From an uncultured Verrucomicrobiae bacterium (lineage in GTDB: Bacteria; Chlamydiota; Chlamydiia; Chlamydiales; Rhabdochlamydiaceae): a stretch of 64,000 nucleotides of DNA. Where the stretch lies: assembly GCA_963806855.1 (NCBI GenBank), contig CAWDYW010000003.1, positions 384,001 through 448,000 on the forward strand, in the 5' to 3' direction. The translations under genes were made by a program, and so were the position numbers. Below are positions 21,445 through 34,331 of the stretch, one piece after another. The notes under the pieces are model-generated. The model did no database searches and was not told the origin of the DNA. It saw only the letters and a list, made by a program, of their open reading frames with translations. Position 1 is the stretch's first letter. Every line of letters begins with the position of its first letter.

Positions 21445-22758
21445 ATGAAGCGAGACCTCTATAAAAAATTACTTCTATGGAAAATAGACCCAGCCCGGCA
21501 ACCCCTTTTAATCCAAGGGGCGCGCCAGGTCGGCAAAACTTATCTTTTAAAAGAGTTTGGGGCGAAAGAATATGCGCAGCTTTGCTATGTCAATTTTGAG
21601 GAGATGCCCCTTTGCAAAAGCTTCTTTGAAACCGACTTGAATCCTCATCGGATCATGCGCGATCTGGAGATCCACTTCGAAAGTAAATTTGACCCTGCCA
21701 ATACGCTCATTGTTTTCGATGAGATCCAAGAATGCCCCAATGCTTTGACCAGTTTGAAATATTTTTGTGAAAATGCTCCAGAATACTCCATTACTGCAGC
21801 CGGCTCCCTTTTGGGTGTAAAGTTATCTCAAGCACGAGGCTTCCCGGTGGGGAAAGTGCATTTTATGGACCTTTTTCCCATGAGCTTTTTTGAATTTCTT
21901 AATGCCGTCGGAAAGCCGCTCTTGAGAGAACTGCTCGATGAAATTAAGACCTTTGAACCCATCTCAGAGGCGCATCATCAACAACTATTGCAGTTACTTA
22001 AGCTCTATTTCTTCATTGGGGGGATGCCCAAGCCCATTTTACGTTATGTTGAAACCCAAGATCTGGATATCGTACGAGAAGTTCAAGAGGATATTCTAAA
22101 GGCTTACGTTCACGATTTTTCAAAACACGCCCCTTCCTCCCTCGTAGTCAAGATTTCTCTCATTTGGAATTCCATTCCCATTCATTTAGGCAAGGAGAAT
22201 AAGAAGTTTATTTTTGCAGCGGTAAAGAAAAGTGCTCGCGCCCGTGATTATGAAGAGGCTTTGCAGTGGCTCATCGATGCTGCACTCATTTACAAGGTGC
22301 AAGAGATCACAGCGCCTAAACTGCCTCTAATCAAATATGGCGATCATGAAGCATTTAAGATTTATCTACTCGATGTAGGCCTGCTCGGAGCGATGTGTCG
22401 ATTGCCGGCAAGGGTCATTGTGGAGGGGGATGAACTCTTTACCGAATTCAAAGGCTCCTTAACTGAAAACTACGTGGCTCAAGCTTTGATGGCGGCGCAT
22501 GGATATCCTCTTTATTATTGGACAAGCAGTAGAGAAGCCGAAGTGGATTTTATCTTAGAACATGATGGAAGAATCTACCCCTTGGAGGCTAAATCGGGCA
22601 ATTCAATTAAGAGTAAGAGTCTTCTAGTTTACCAAGAAAAATATCATCCGCCAGAGATCTCTCGCGCAACATTGAAAAATCTCAAAAAAGATGGGAATCT
22701 ATGTAATTATCCACTCTACTTCATCCATAGATTCCCTATGACCCTATCCGCAATGTAG
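21445..22758 (+). CDS. COG1373-type AAA+ ATPase (AAA_14 + DUF4143)
   Basis: GARQVGKT, FDEIQ, AAGSLLG, GGMP, YLLDVGLL, EVDFI..PLEAKSG. Confidence 0.92.
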   Translation: MKRDLYKKLLLWKIDPARQPLLIQGARQVGKTYLLKEFGAKEYAQLCYVNFEEMPLCKSFFETDLNPHRIMRDLEIHFESKFDPANTLIVFDEIQECPNALTSLKYFCENAPEYSITAAGSLLGVKLSQARGFPVGKVHFMDLFPMSFFEFLNAVGKPLLRELLDEIKTFEPISEAHHQQLLQLLKLYFFIGGMPKPILRYVETQDLDIVREVQEDILKAYVHDFSKHAPSSLVVKISLIWNSIPIHLGKENKKFIFAAVKKSARARDYEEALQWLIDAALIYKVQEITAPKLPLIKYGDHEAFKIYLLDVGLLGAMCRLPARVIVEGDELFTEFKGSLTENYVAQALMAAHGYPLYYWTSSREAEVDFILEHDGRIYPLEAKSGNSIKSKSLLVYQEKYHPPEISRATLKNLKKDGNLCNYPLYFIHRFPMTLSAM

Positions 22759-22816
22759 AGGAAAAAAGCTAGGTTGGTGTTTCGAGAGCTTTTTTCCTCT
22801 ACATTGCGGATAGGGT
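22741..22816. repeat. 30-bp perfect inverted repeat with 16-nt loop, containing the ATPase stop codon
   Basis: accctatccgcaatgtagaggaaaaaagct ... agcttttttcctctacattgcggatagggt. Confidence 0.9.
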
Positions 22817-22896
22817 GTTAGAAAACACATTGTGCAAAATGCTTTTCATAATTAGAATAGTGTGCAAAATTCGTACAAAAATAATCCTCAAAAACT

Positions 22897-23589
22897 ATGC
22901 CTGGACAATTATTATTACTTCCCAATCTCCTCGACAAAGAAGCTGAGCATCAGCTCTATTTCCCAATTTCCGTAGACCGCGCGGTTCAAAGCCTCAATGG
23001 ACTGATTGCGGAAAATGAAAAGGAGGGAAGGGCCTATTTAAAGCGCTTTGGGGTGCCGGTTCAAGGGTTCCCGATTAAGCTACTAAATGAACACTCGCAA
23101 GATATCGAAGAGCTATTGACTCCGATGAAAAATGGGGAGCGTTGGGGGCTGATCTCTGATGCAGGTCTTCCGGTGCTTGCCGATCCTGGTTACCAGCTCG
23201 TCAGACGGGCCCGTATGCTGGGGATCGCAGTCGAAGCGTTTATTGGGCCGAGCTCGCTATTTCTAGCCCTTATGCTCTCTGGACTCCCTGCTCAGCGGTT
23301 TGCTTTTCAGGGCTATTTTCCCTATGAGCCTGAGAAGGTCCTCAAGAAGCTGGAAGAGCGCTCGAGAGAGGAGAAGTCGACCCAAGTCTTCATTGAGACT
23401 CCCTATCGGAATGAAAAGGCGCTCACCACTTTGCTGGCAACCCTTTCAGACTCTACAGTCTTATCTGTTGCCTGGGATCTCACGATGCCCACCCAGGGAG
23501 TCGAGACCTATCCTATTAAGGACTGGAAGAAGCGCCTGTTGCCAAAGATCCATAAGCACCCCGCTGTTTTCCTATTTTTAAGTAGCTAA
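22897..23589 (+). CDS. RsmI-like tetrapyrrole-methylase family SAM methyltransferase
   Basis: ISDAGLP..ADPG, GPSS..LALMLSGL, FIETPYRN. Confidence 0.88.
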   Translation: MPGQLLLLPNLLDKEAEHQLYFPISVDRAVQSLNGLIAENEKEGRAYLKRFGVPVQGFPIKLLNEHSQDIEELLTPMKNGERWGLISDAGLPVLADPGYQLVRRARMLGIAVEAFIGPSSLFLALMLSGLPAQRFAFQGYFPYEPEKVLKKLEERSREEKSTQVFIETPYRNEKALTTLLATLSDSTVLSVAWDLTMPTQGVETYPIKDWKKRLLPKIHKHPAVFLFLSS

Positions 23590-23607
23590 TAGTGAATAGT
23601 TTGATCA

Positions 23608-23666
23608 ATCCTGTCTTGAATGGAGACAAGATTTTGTCATATCTTGTCTTGAATTAGGGCAGGATT
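23608..23666. promoter_or_regulatory. Two tandem imperfect palindromes (33-bp period) upstream of AAA ATPase 2
   Basis: atcctgtcttgaatggagacaagatt (23608) and atcttgtcttgaattagggcaggatt (23641). Confidence 0.7.
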
Positions 23667-23699
23667 TGTGATAATCTTACATTAAGAAGGAAAAGATCT

Positions 23700-24968
23700 A
23701 TGGATGCTCAGGCTATATTACGTATCATTCTTAGCGAATTTTACTCTAAGTTGGAGAGTCTGAAAGATCTCGTCCCTAGAGAAGCAGAGTTTGCTCAAGC
23801 GGCCAATAAGATCAAAGTCGCAATGGGGATGCGAAGAGCTGGAAAAACTTTTTTCGTTTATGAACATATTCTTTATCTTTTGAATCAGGGAATTAGTAGA
23901 GAACAGATTCTCTATATAAATTTTGAAGATGATCGACTTGAATTTTTAGAAAAAAAACTGCTCGGCAGGCTGGTAGATGCATTTTATTCTCTCTACCCCG
24001 AGAATCATGAACGAAAATGTTATCTATTCTTCGATGAAGTGCAGAATATCGAGGGATGGGCTCAGGTAATTAGGCGTCTTCACGATAGTAAAAATGCTGA
24101 GATCTTTTTGACTGGATCATCTGCTAAATTGCTCAGTAAAGAGATTGCAACAAATTTGCGTGGAAGATCCCTCTCTACCGAAATTTGGCCTTATAGCTTT
24201 GAAGAATTCTTAATCGCTCAGAAAATTTCGATAGACCGAAGTCTTTATGGAAATAAGACGAGGGATAATTTAATTAAAGCATTTAATCAGTATCTGACTA
24301 CAGGTGGATTCCCAGAGGTTGCTTTCTATGAACCAGATATAAGGCAGCAAACTCTACAGGAATATGTCGATATCGTCATCTATAGAGACATCATTGAACG
24401 GCATAAAATCAACAATCCTGCCCTGGTCAAACACATGATTATTTCCATGCTACATAATGTGGCGCGACCTTTTTCGATTAACAAATTTTATAATGAATCC
24501 AAAACACGAGGCTATGAGACTGGCCGAGAGGTTCTGTATGATTATGCTGACTATATTGAAGATGCTTATCTTGCCTTTGCTATTCCTATCTATGATCAGT
24601 CAGTTCGTAAAGTCCAAACGAATCCTAAAAAATTGTACGCGATAGACACTGGTTTAGTAAGAGCGCTCACATTAGATTATGATGGGGATTTAGGAAGGTT
24701 GTTTGAAAATATCATCTACTTAGATCTTAGAAGGCAAAGGTGTCAGGTCAGCTATTATCTCACGGAAGATCGAAAGGAGATCGACTTTATTGTGCAAACT
24801 CCTCGTGGGCATAAAAAATTCTTCCAAATTGTTTGGGACATGGAGGATGAAAAGACTTATCAGAGAGAATCTCAAGCATTAAAATCGGGGATGAGCGAAC
24901 TAAACATCCCCGGCGAAATAGTGACCCTCGATAGCTACTTGCAGAAGGGAATTATACTCCCTTCTTAG
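23700..24968 (+). CDS. COG1373-type AAA+ ATPase (AAA_14 + DUF4143), different subfamily
   Basis: [42 protein letters not shown]. Confidence 0.92.
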   Translation: MDAQAILRIILSEFYSKLESLKDLVPREAEFAQAANKIKVAMGMRRAGKTFFVYEHILYLLNQGISREQILYINFEDDRLEFLEKKLLGRLVDAFYSLYPENHERKCYLFFDEVQNIEGWAQVIRRLHDSKNAEIFLTGSSAKLLSKEIATNLRGRSLSTEIWPYSFEEFLIAQKISIDRSLYGNKTRDNLIKAFNQYLTTGGFPEVAFYEPDIRQQTLQEYVDIVIYRDIIERHKINNPALVKHMIISMLHNVARPFSINKFYNESKTRGYETGREVLYDYADYIEDAYLAFAIPIYDQSVRKVQTNPKKLYAIDTGLVRALTLDYDGDLGRLFENIIYLDLRRQRCQVSYYLTEDRKEIDFIVQTPRGHKKFFQIVWDMEDEKTYQRESQALKSGMSELNIPGEIVTLDSYLQKGIILPS

Positions 24969-27499
24969 CAACTGCAAAGTTATCTTTGGCATCCTTGGGG
25001 GTCTCTTGGTCGATGAAGATAAATTTGCTGTTCTCGACCGAGATCAGCCAGTTGCCCCCTTTGTCGGGGTTGGTCAGGATCTTCTCTGCGATCGGGTCTT
25101 CGAGTTCTTGCTCGATTACGCGGCGCAGCGGACGGGCCCCCATTGTGGGATCGAATCCTTTGGAACAGAGGTAATCTTTCGCTTTGTTGTCGAGCTCGAT
25201 GTGGATGTTTTTCCGGATAAGTCGTTTCTGCACTTTTCCGATCTCGAGGTCGATCACTTTCATCAGATGGCTCTTGTCGAGTGGTCTGAAGATCACAATG
25301 CCATCGAGGCGGTTGAGAAACTCTGGTTTGAACCCTTTCTTGACAGCTGAATCGATCTTCTCTTGCATGGTCTTGTAGTCGATCATGCCCTCTGTAGCGC
25401 CAAAGCCCATTTCGGTCGATTTGCGGATCAGGTCAGCCCCCAGATTGGAGGTCATGATGATGATCGCATTGCGGAAGTCGATCTTGCGGCCAAAGGCATC
25501 GGTGAGGCGTCCCTCTTCGAGGATTTGCAGGAGGAGGTTCATCACATCCGGGTGCGCTTTTTCCACTTCGTCAAACAGGACGACGCAATAGGGACGCTGA
25601 CGCACTTGCTCGGTCAACTGGCCCCCTTCTTCGTGGCCGACGTAGCCTGGAGGAGATCCCGTCATGCGGCTAACGGCAAATTTCTCCATGTACTCGGACA
25701 TGTCGATTTGGATCAGCGCGTCTTCTCCCCCGAACATCTGGATCGCCAGCTGTTTGGCTAGGAGCGTTTTCCCAACGCCGGTGGGGCCAAGGAATAGGAA
25801 GGCTCCAATGGGGCGTCGTGGATCTTTAATATCGGCTCGGCTGCGGCGGATAGCGCGGCAGACGGTGTGGAGAGCGTCATCTTGACCGACAACGGTCCCT
25901 CTGAGCTCATCTTCCATTTTGAGCACACGTTGGGTCTCGTTTTGTGTCAGGCGGGTGACGGGAATGCCAGTCTGTTTGCCGACGATATAGGCCACTTCGT
26001 CTTCATCGACGATCACTTTTTGCTGCTCTTTGGCGTTTTCCCACTCTTCGATGATCCGCTGCAGCTCTAGGCGCAATTTTTTCTCATTATCGCGCAGCTT
26101 GGCAGCTTTTTCATACTCTTGCTTGCTGATCGCATCTTCTTTAGCGATGCGGGTGTCTTCGATCTCTTTTTCATATTTGGTGATCTCCTCTGGCTGGAGC
26201 ATCGAAGCAACGCGGGCTTTTGCACCGGCTTCGTCGATGAGGTCGATCGCCTTATCGGGAAGGTAGCGGCCCACCAGGTAGCGGTCCGACATATAGACGG
26301 CGCCGCGGATCGCATCATCGGTATAGATACACTTATGGTGCTCTTCGTACTTGGGCTTTAATCCGGTCAAGATCGCAATGGTGTCTTCGAGCGATGGAGG
26401 AGCGACGAGGATTTTTTGGAAACGGCGCTCTAGGGCGGCGTCTTTCTCGATGTGTTTGCGGTATTCGTCGATTGTGGTCGCGCCGATCACCTGGATCTCT
26501 CCTCGGGAGAGAGCAGGCTTTAGAATATTGGAGGCGTCGATTGCCCCTTCAGCAGCTCCGGCTCCGACAATCGTGTGGATCTCGTCGATGAAGAGGAGGA
26601 TGTTGCCATGCTTTTTGACCTCATCCATCACCGCTTTGATTCGCTCTTCGAATTGACCCCGGTATTTTGTCCCGGCGATCATCAGAGTGAGGTCGAGAGA
26701 AATGAGTTTTTTCTTAGAAAGATTATCGGGAACCTCTCCCTGGATGATCGCTTGGGCCAGCCCCTCGACAATCGCCGTCTTTCCGACGCCGGCTTCTCCA
26801 ATGAGGACAGGGTTGTTTTTCCTTCTGCGACAAAGAATCAGAATCAGCCTTTCGACCTCTTCTTTGCGGCCGATCACCGGATCGAGCTTCCCTTCGCGGC
26901 ACAGTTCAGTGAGGTCGTGACCATAGGCGCGCAGAGCGGGGAGTTTGTCGGCAGTCGGAGCGCCAGGAGTGCTTTTTCCCCCGGTTTGGCTCCAGGAGTG
27001 ATGACCCCGAGCTTCCCATCGGTGGAAGTTGTAAATTGAACGTTTCAAGCTCTTTGAGTACCTCTTTGCGGATGTCTTTGAGATTGACGTTGAGATTTTC
27101 GAGCACTTGGGCAGCGACGCCATCAGTTTGGCGCAAAAGAGCGAGGAGGAGGTGCTCTGTGCCAACATAGTTGTGGTTGAGCGCGGCCGCTTCTTCGTTG
27201 GCAAATTCGAAGACCTTCTTCACTTTGCCAGTCAGCGCGGGGTCGCCATAGACTTGGATTTCAGGACCAAAGCCGACTAGACGCTCCACTTCTGTACGGA
27301 CAGTCTCATAGTCGAGGTTAAGATTGCGCAGCACATTGACTGCAATCCCTTGCCCGAGCTTTAAGAGTCCAAGAAGGACGTGCTCCGTGCCGAGATAATT
27401 ATGGTTGAGACGTTGAGCCTCTTTTTTGGCCAATTTAATGACCTGCTTTGCCCTATTAGTGAACTTATCAAACATCATATTAAAACCCTCTTCCGGCAC
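24952..27499 (-). CDS. clpC: ClpC ATPase (frameshift near 26970-27000)
   Basis: N-terminal Clp repeats in ORF 26906-27499; two AAA modules ([16 protein letters not shown]) in ORF 24952-27204. Confidence 0.95.
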
Positions 27500-27623
27500 A
27501 TTATCTTCTAAAGCCCATTTTTCTCAAAACAGAGAAAGATTATCAAGGAAAGTTTTTATTTCTTTCAAAAATCGATTGCAACCCATTGACCCTGAAAAAG
27601 CAATCGATTATGATTAACCCATT

Positions 27624-27887
27624 ATGCAAGCAATCAATCAAGAAGAAGAAGAGTTAGTGGCAAAGGTCCCATCCGGCGCCATTTTTCGTCATTATAAAGG
27701 AAAACTATACAAAATTATCCAAATCGGTCGCCACACAGAAGAGCATACCTTGCAAGTGGTCTATCAAGCTCTTTACAAAACCGACACCTATGGAGACCAG
27801 CCGATTTGGATCCGTCCGTTGAAAATGTTTTTAGAAACGGTCACGATCAATGGGCAAGAGGTCCCACGTTTTGAACTCATACGCTGA
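27624..27887 (+). CDS. DUF1653 family protein
   Basis: FRHYKGKLY..HTE..VVYQALY..WIRPLKMF..VPRF. Confidence 0.88.
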   Translation: MQAINQEEEELVAKVPSGAIFRHYKGKLYKIIQIGRHTEEHTLQVVYQALYKTDTYGDQPIWIRPLKMFLETVTINGQEVPRFELIR

Positions 27888-28550
27888 ATGGAGTATCCTC
27901 GACACCGGGATCGGGTCTGCCGAGGAGAACATGCGTCTTGATGCCGAGCTTTTGGAAACCCTCGATCCTCACGCCCTGCCTATTCTCCATTTCTATGACT
28001 GGGCCGGCGACTGCGCCACCTATGGCCATTTCGTCAATCCGGCCGATTTCCTCAATCTCGAGGAGGCGAAAAAAAAAGGACTTAAGCTTGCGAAGCGGCC
28101 CACGGGCGGCGGGATCGTCTTTCATCTCTGGGATTTGGCGTTCTCCGTCCTCATTCCCGCCGGCCATCCCCAATTTTCTGAAAATACCCTCGATAATTAC
28201 GCCTTTGTCAACAATCGGGTCCTCGCCGCTGTGACAAACATTATAGGGCAAAGTCCGATGCTGATCCCCGAAAGTGCATCCGCTCCTGACGCCTCCTGCA
28301 CCCGCTTTTGCATGGCACAGCCGACCAAATATGATGTGGTTTTGAATGGAAGGAAAGTGGCGGGAGCGGCTCAGAGAAAAACCAAAAGAGGATTTTTGCA
28401 TCAGGGAACGATCGCCCTGCAAATGCCCTCAGAAGAATATCTAAAACCGATCGTACACTCGTCAAAAGTCTTAGAGGCGATGATGGCGAGCACTTTTCCC
28501 TTAGAAAAAGAACGGGGAGCACTTAGAGAAGAACTGGAGAATCAATTTGT

Positions 28551-28572
<22 letters not shown>
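27850..28572 (+). CDS. lplA: Lipoate-protein ligase family protein
   Basis: [33 protein letters not shown]; exact start uncertain. Confidence 0.85.
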
Positions 28573-30071
<1,499 letters not shown>

Positions 30072-30166
30072 AGGAAAGGGATTATGCAGTGCACAGCTGT
30101 TGAAGCAAACCAATGTGCAGCATCTTACCTGCCGACAGAAAATGAGTGGATTAATTCTGCTCTGGT

Positions 30167-30799
30167 TTGCCTCTCTGCGGGTTTCTCTTTACTCCCATAG
30201 TCGGATTAACGTGCGCAGTAGCGAATATTGTTTTAGCAAAACTGGCACAATCTAACTCTGAAACCACATGGATTCCTCTCAATGAAAAAACGGTAGAAGA
30301 AATCAAAATACCCTGGATTGAGGATGGAGAGGTCTTTGCAACGATTCAAATTATTTATGGGATCTTCTTTTCTATTTTCCAGATTTCTGTAAACCAGGTA
30401 GCAATTCAATGGATGAGATTATCTACCACGACGATATGGGAAATCTCTTATGTTTTTTCATATGCTTGTATTCTTGCGCCAATTATTGAGGAAATTGTAT
30501 TTCGAGGATTTTTGCAAGAAAAAATCAAAGATATTCAAGTTCTCTGTTTCGGAAAGGAAGCAGCAAATAGTTTCATTAATAAAATTGTACGTATTGCATT
30601 ACAGGCCCTTGCTTTTGGTTTAGTTCACTATCATGCTCTTCAAGGATTATTCAATATAGTGGTTGTCATTATGACTGGATTAATAGGTTTTTCTTCAGGC
30701 TTTCTTAAAGAAGAAACTAACGCTTTAGGTGCATCCATCTCTTATCATTCACTTATTAACACCGGAGTTTTTGGTCGAGTTTTAGTCTTCGGGACTTGA
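30167..30799 (+). CDS. CPBP-family (type II CAAX/Abi) intramembrane protease
   Basis: APIIEEIVFRG, FGLVH, HSLIN; true start may be ATG 30084 with a frameshift. Confidence 0.85.
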   Translation: MPLCGFLFTPIVGLTCAVANIVLAKLAQSNSETTWIPLNEKTVEEIKIPWIEDGEVFATIQIIYGIFFSIFQISVNQVAIQWMRLSTTTIWEISYVFSYACILAPIIEEIVFRGFLQEKIKDIQVLCFGKEAANSFINKIVRIALQALAFGLVHYHALQGLFNIVVVIMTGLIGFSSGFLKEETNALGASISYHSLINTGVFGRVLVFGT

Positions 30800-30820
30800 C
30801 TAGGGGCTGCGGGGACTAAT

Positions 30821-30900
30821 TAAAAAAATTAATATATGTTTATTGAAAACGGCCCGAACTGGTAATTGGACCTTCCATGATTTAAGGTGGTCCCATGCTA
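30821..30900 (+). repeat. ~80-bp unit, copy 1 of 4 (others at ~32851, ~34092, ~35338)
   Basis: taaaaaaattaa...ttgaaaacgg...ccttccatgatttaaggtgg.tccatgct shared by all four copies. Confidence 0.9.
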
Positions 30901-31062
30901 ATAAAGTTAGTTTTCGGCAGGCTATTATTTATACTTAATAGATTGAATATAAAATAGTGCCACATTAAAAGTGCTATTCATCTGGCTCTTTAGACAAGTT
31001 TGGGTTTTTTTATATATTTCTTGTTTTAAAGAATGCATTAAATTTGTATAATCATTACTAAT

Positions 31063-32794
31063 ATGAACCATATATCATTTGATCCAGTATCTTTATTTTG
31101 GAATCGGGGGATCAACGAACCTCCTCAGGGTGCTGATCAGCCCCAAAGTGAGCCCACCGAAGGCCGAATCTCTCGCTTATACAGGTCAATATTTTCGCCT
31201 TGCAGTTATAAAGAATACACCTTATCTGATGGCAGAAAATATAAAGGGGAATGGAAAGCCGGCAAGCCACATGGAAGAGGAATTCTTAGGCTTTCTAATG
31301 GTGCGGTCCTCTTCGGGAAATTCCATAATGGTGAAATACATGGAAATGGAAGCCTATTTTGTGAGGACGGCAAAACCTATTTTGGGGAATACCGAGATAG
31401 CAAGTTAAATGGGCAGGGAACTCTCTACTTTTCTAATGGCAATAAAGAATATGAAGGCGAGTTCAAAGATGGCCTTCGAAATGGACAGGGAACTCTCTAC
31501 TTTTCTGAGGGCGGTAAATATGAAGGCAAGTTCAAAGATGACAAGGGAAATGGACAGGGGATTATCTACGGTCCTAATGGCAATAAAGAATATGAAGGCG
31601 AGTTCAAAAATGACAAGCGAAATGGACAGGGGATTGTCTACGATCCTAATGGCACTAAACGATATGAGGGCGAGTTCAAAGATGACAAGTTTAATGGACA
31701 GGGGATTTTCTACGATCCTAATGGCACTAAACGATATGAGGGCGAGTTCAAAGGTGACAAGTTTAATGGACTGGGAATTCGCTACTATTCTGATGGCGCT
31801 AAATATGAAGGAGAGTTCAAAGATGGCCTTCGAAATGGACAGGGAACTTTTTACAACTCTAATGGCACTAAACTATATGAAGGCGAGTTCAAAGGTGACA
31901 AGTTTAATGGACGGGGAACTCGCTACTATTCTGATGGCGCTAAATATGAAGGAGAGTTCAAAGATGGCCGGCTAAATGGAAAGGGAATTTACTACTCTTC
32001 TGAGGGCAATAAAGAATATGAAGGCGAGTTCAAAGATGACAAGTTTAATGGACAGGGGATTGTCTACGATCCTAAAGGCACTAAACGATATGAGGGCGAG
32101 TTCAAAGATGACAAGTTAAATGGACAGGGAACTTTTTACAACCCTGATGGCACTAAACAATATGAAGGCGAGTTCAAAGATGGCCAGCTAAATGAAAAGG
32201 GAATTTACTATCATTCTGATGGCTCTAAATCTGTAGGAATATTCAAAGATGGTAAGCTAAATAAAGGGAACTCGCTACTCTTCTGAGGGCAATAAAGAAT
32301 ATGAAGGCGAGTTCAAAGATGGCCTCCCGAATGGAAAGGGAATTCACTACTCTTCTGAGGGCAATAAAGAATATGAAGGCGAGTTCAAAGATGGCCTCCC
32401 GAATGGAAAGGGAACTCGCTATTCTTCTGAGGGCAATAAAGAATATGAAGGCAAGTTCAAAGATTGCCGCCCGAATGGAAAGGGAATTTACTACTCTTCT
32501 GAGGGCAATAAAGAATATGAAGGCGAGTTCAAGGATGGCCAACCAAATGGAAAGGGAACCTGCTACAATTCTGATGGCACTAAAGAATATAAAGGAGAGA
32601 TGAAAGATGGCTTCCGAAATGGACAGGGAACTCGCTACAATTCTGATGGCACTAAATTTGAAGGAGAGTTCATAAATAACAAGCCTCATGGACTATTCAT
32701 CGGTACTGACAGGCAACACCTAAGGTATTTCGCTAGATTTGAAAATGGGCTGCAACTCGAAGGTTGGCGGCCGGAAGAAGCTCTATCTACTTAG
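31063..32794 (+). CDS. MORN-repeat protein 1 (frame breaks after ~32270)
   Basis: Many YEGEFKD.K.NG.G..Y repeats; C-terminus in ORF 32600-32794 matches the paralog ends. Confidence 0.88.
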
Positions 32795-33087
32795 AGGCTA
32801 TTACCCAAATTAATTTTTTCAAGCTTTAGACGGCGTCAAAGGATTGTTCTTAAAAAAATTAATATATATTTATTGAAAACGGCCCGAACCTGTAATTGGA
32901 CCTTCCATGATTTAAGGTGGTCCCATGCTAGTTAGTTTTCGGCAGGCTATTATTTATACTTAATAGATTGAATATAAAATAATTACCACATTAATAGCGC
33001 TCTTCAGCTGGCTCTTTAGACAAATATGGGTTTTTTATATATTTCTTGTTTTAAAAAATACATTAAATTGGTATAATTATTAATAAT

Positions 33088-34035
33088 ATGAACCATATAT
33101 CATTTGATTTATTATCTTTATTTTGGAATCGGGAGGTCAACGAACCTCCTCAGGGAGCTGATCAGCCCAATAGTGAGCCTACCGAAGGCCGAATTTCACT
33201 CTTATTCAGGTCAATATTTTCGCCTTGCAGTCATAAAGAATACACCTTATCTGAGGGCAGAAAATATAAAGGGGAATGGAAAGCCGGCAAGCCACATGGA
33301 AGAGGAATTCTTAGGTTTTCTAATGGTACGGTCCTCTTCGGGAAATTCCATAATGGTGAAATACATGGAAATGTAAGCCTAGTTTGTGAGGACGGCGAAA
33401 CCTATTTTGGGGAATACCGAGATAGCAAACGAAATGGACATGGAACTCTCTACTTTTCTAATGGCGGTAAATATGAAGGCGAGTTCAAAGATGACAAGGC
33501 AAATGGACAGGGAACTCTCTACTACCCTGATGTCACTAAACTATACGAAGGCGAGTTCAAAGATTACAAGTTTAATGGACAGGGAACTCTCTACTATTCT
33601 AATGGCGAAAAATATGTAGGCAAGTTCAAAGATAACAAGTTTAATGGACAGGGAACTCTCTACTTTTCTAATGGCGCTAAACGATATGAAGGCGAGTTCA
33701 AAGATGGCCTTCTAAATGGACGAGCAACTGACTACTACCCTAATGGCACTAAACGATATGAAAGCAAGTACAAAGATGGCCTTCTAAATGGACGAGGAAC
33801 TAACTACTTCCCTGATGGCACTAAACGATATGAAGGCGAGTTCAAAGATGACATGAGACATGGACGAGGAACTGAATACAGCGATAATGGCATTAAACTT
33901 GAAGGCGAATTCATACATAACCGCCGTCATGGAATTTTCATCGGGACTGAGGCAGATCAGCGAAGGTATCGGGCTGAATTTCAAGATGGGCAACAACTTG
34001 GGCCCTGGATTTTAGAAGCAGCTCTATCTACTTAG
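33088..34035 (+). CDS. MORN-repeat protein 2
   Basis: Same N-terminus (MNHISFD...) with fewer repeats. Confidence 0.9.
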   Translation: MNHISFDLLSLFWNREVNEPPQGADQPNSEPTEGRISLLFRSIFSPCSHKEYTLSEGRKYKGEWKAGKPHGRGILRFSNGTVLFGKFHNGEIHGNVSLVCEDGETYFGEYRDSKRNGHGTLYFSNGGKYEGEFKDDKANGQGTLYYPDVTKLYEGEFKDYKFNGQGTLYYSNGEKYVGKFKDNKFNGQGTLYFSNGAKRYEGEFKDGLLNGRATDYYPNGTKRYESKYKDGLLNGRGTNYFPDGTKRYEGEFKDDMRHGRGTEYSDNGIKLEGEFIHNRRHGIFIGTEADQRRYRAEFQDGQQLGPWILEAALST

Positions 34036-34331
34036 AGGCTATTACCCAAATAAATTTTTTGAAGCTGAGATGGCATCAAAGGATTGTTTCTTAAAAAAAT
34101 TAACCTTTATTTGTTGAAAACGGGCGGAACCGGTGCAATTGGACCTCCCAAGATTTAAGGTGTTCCATGCTAATAAAGTTAGTTTTCGGCATGCTATTAT
34201 TTATACTTAATAGATTGAATATAAAATATTACCACAATAAGAGCGCTCTTCATCTGGCTCTTTAGATAAATATTGGTTTTTATATATCTTGTTTGAAAAA
34301 AATACATTAAATTGATATAATTGTTATTAAT

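Noticed and set aside
30167..30799. CPBP protease as RiPP immunity factor or as processor of the CaaX protein
   Set aside because: It lies 10-20 kb from either locus with core genes in between; there is no linking evidence.
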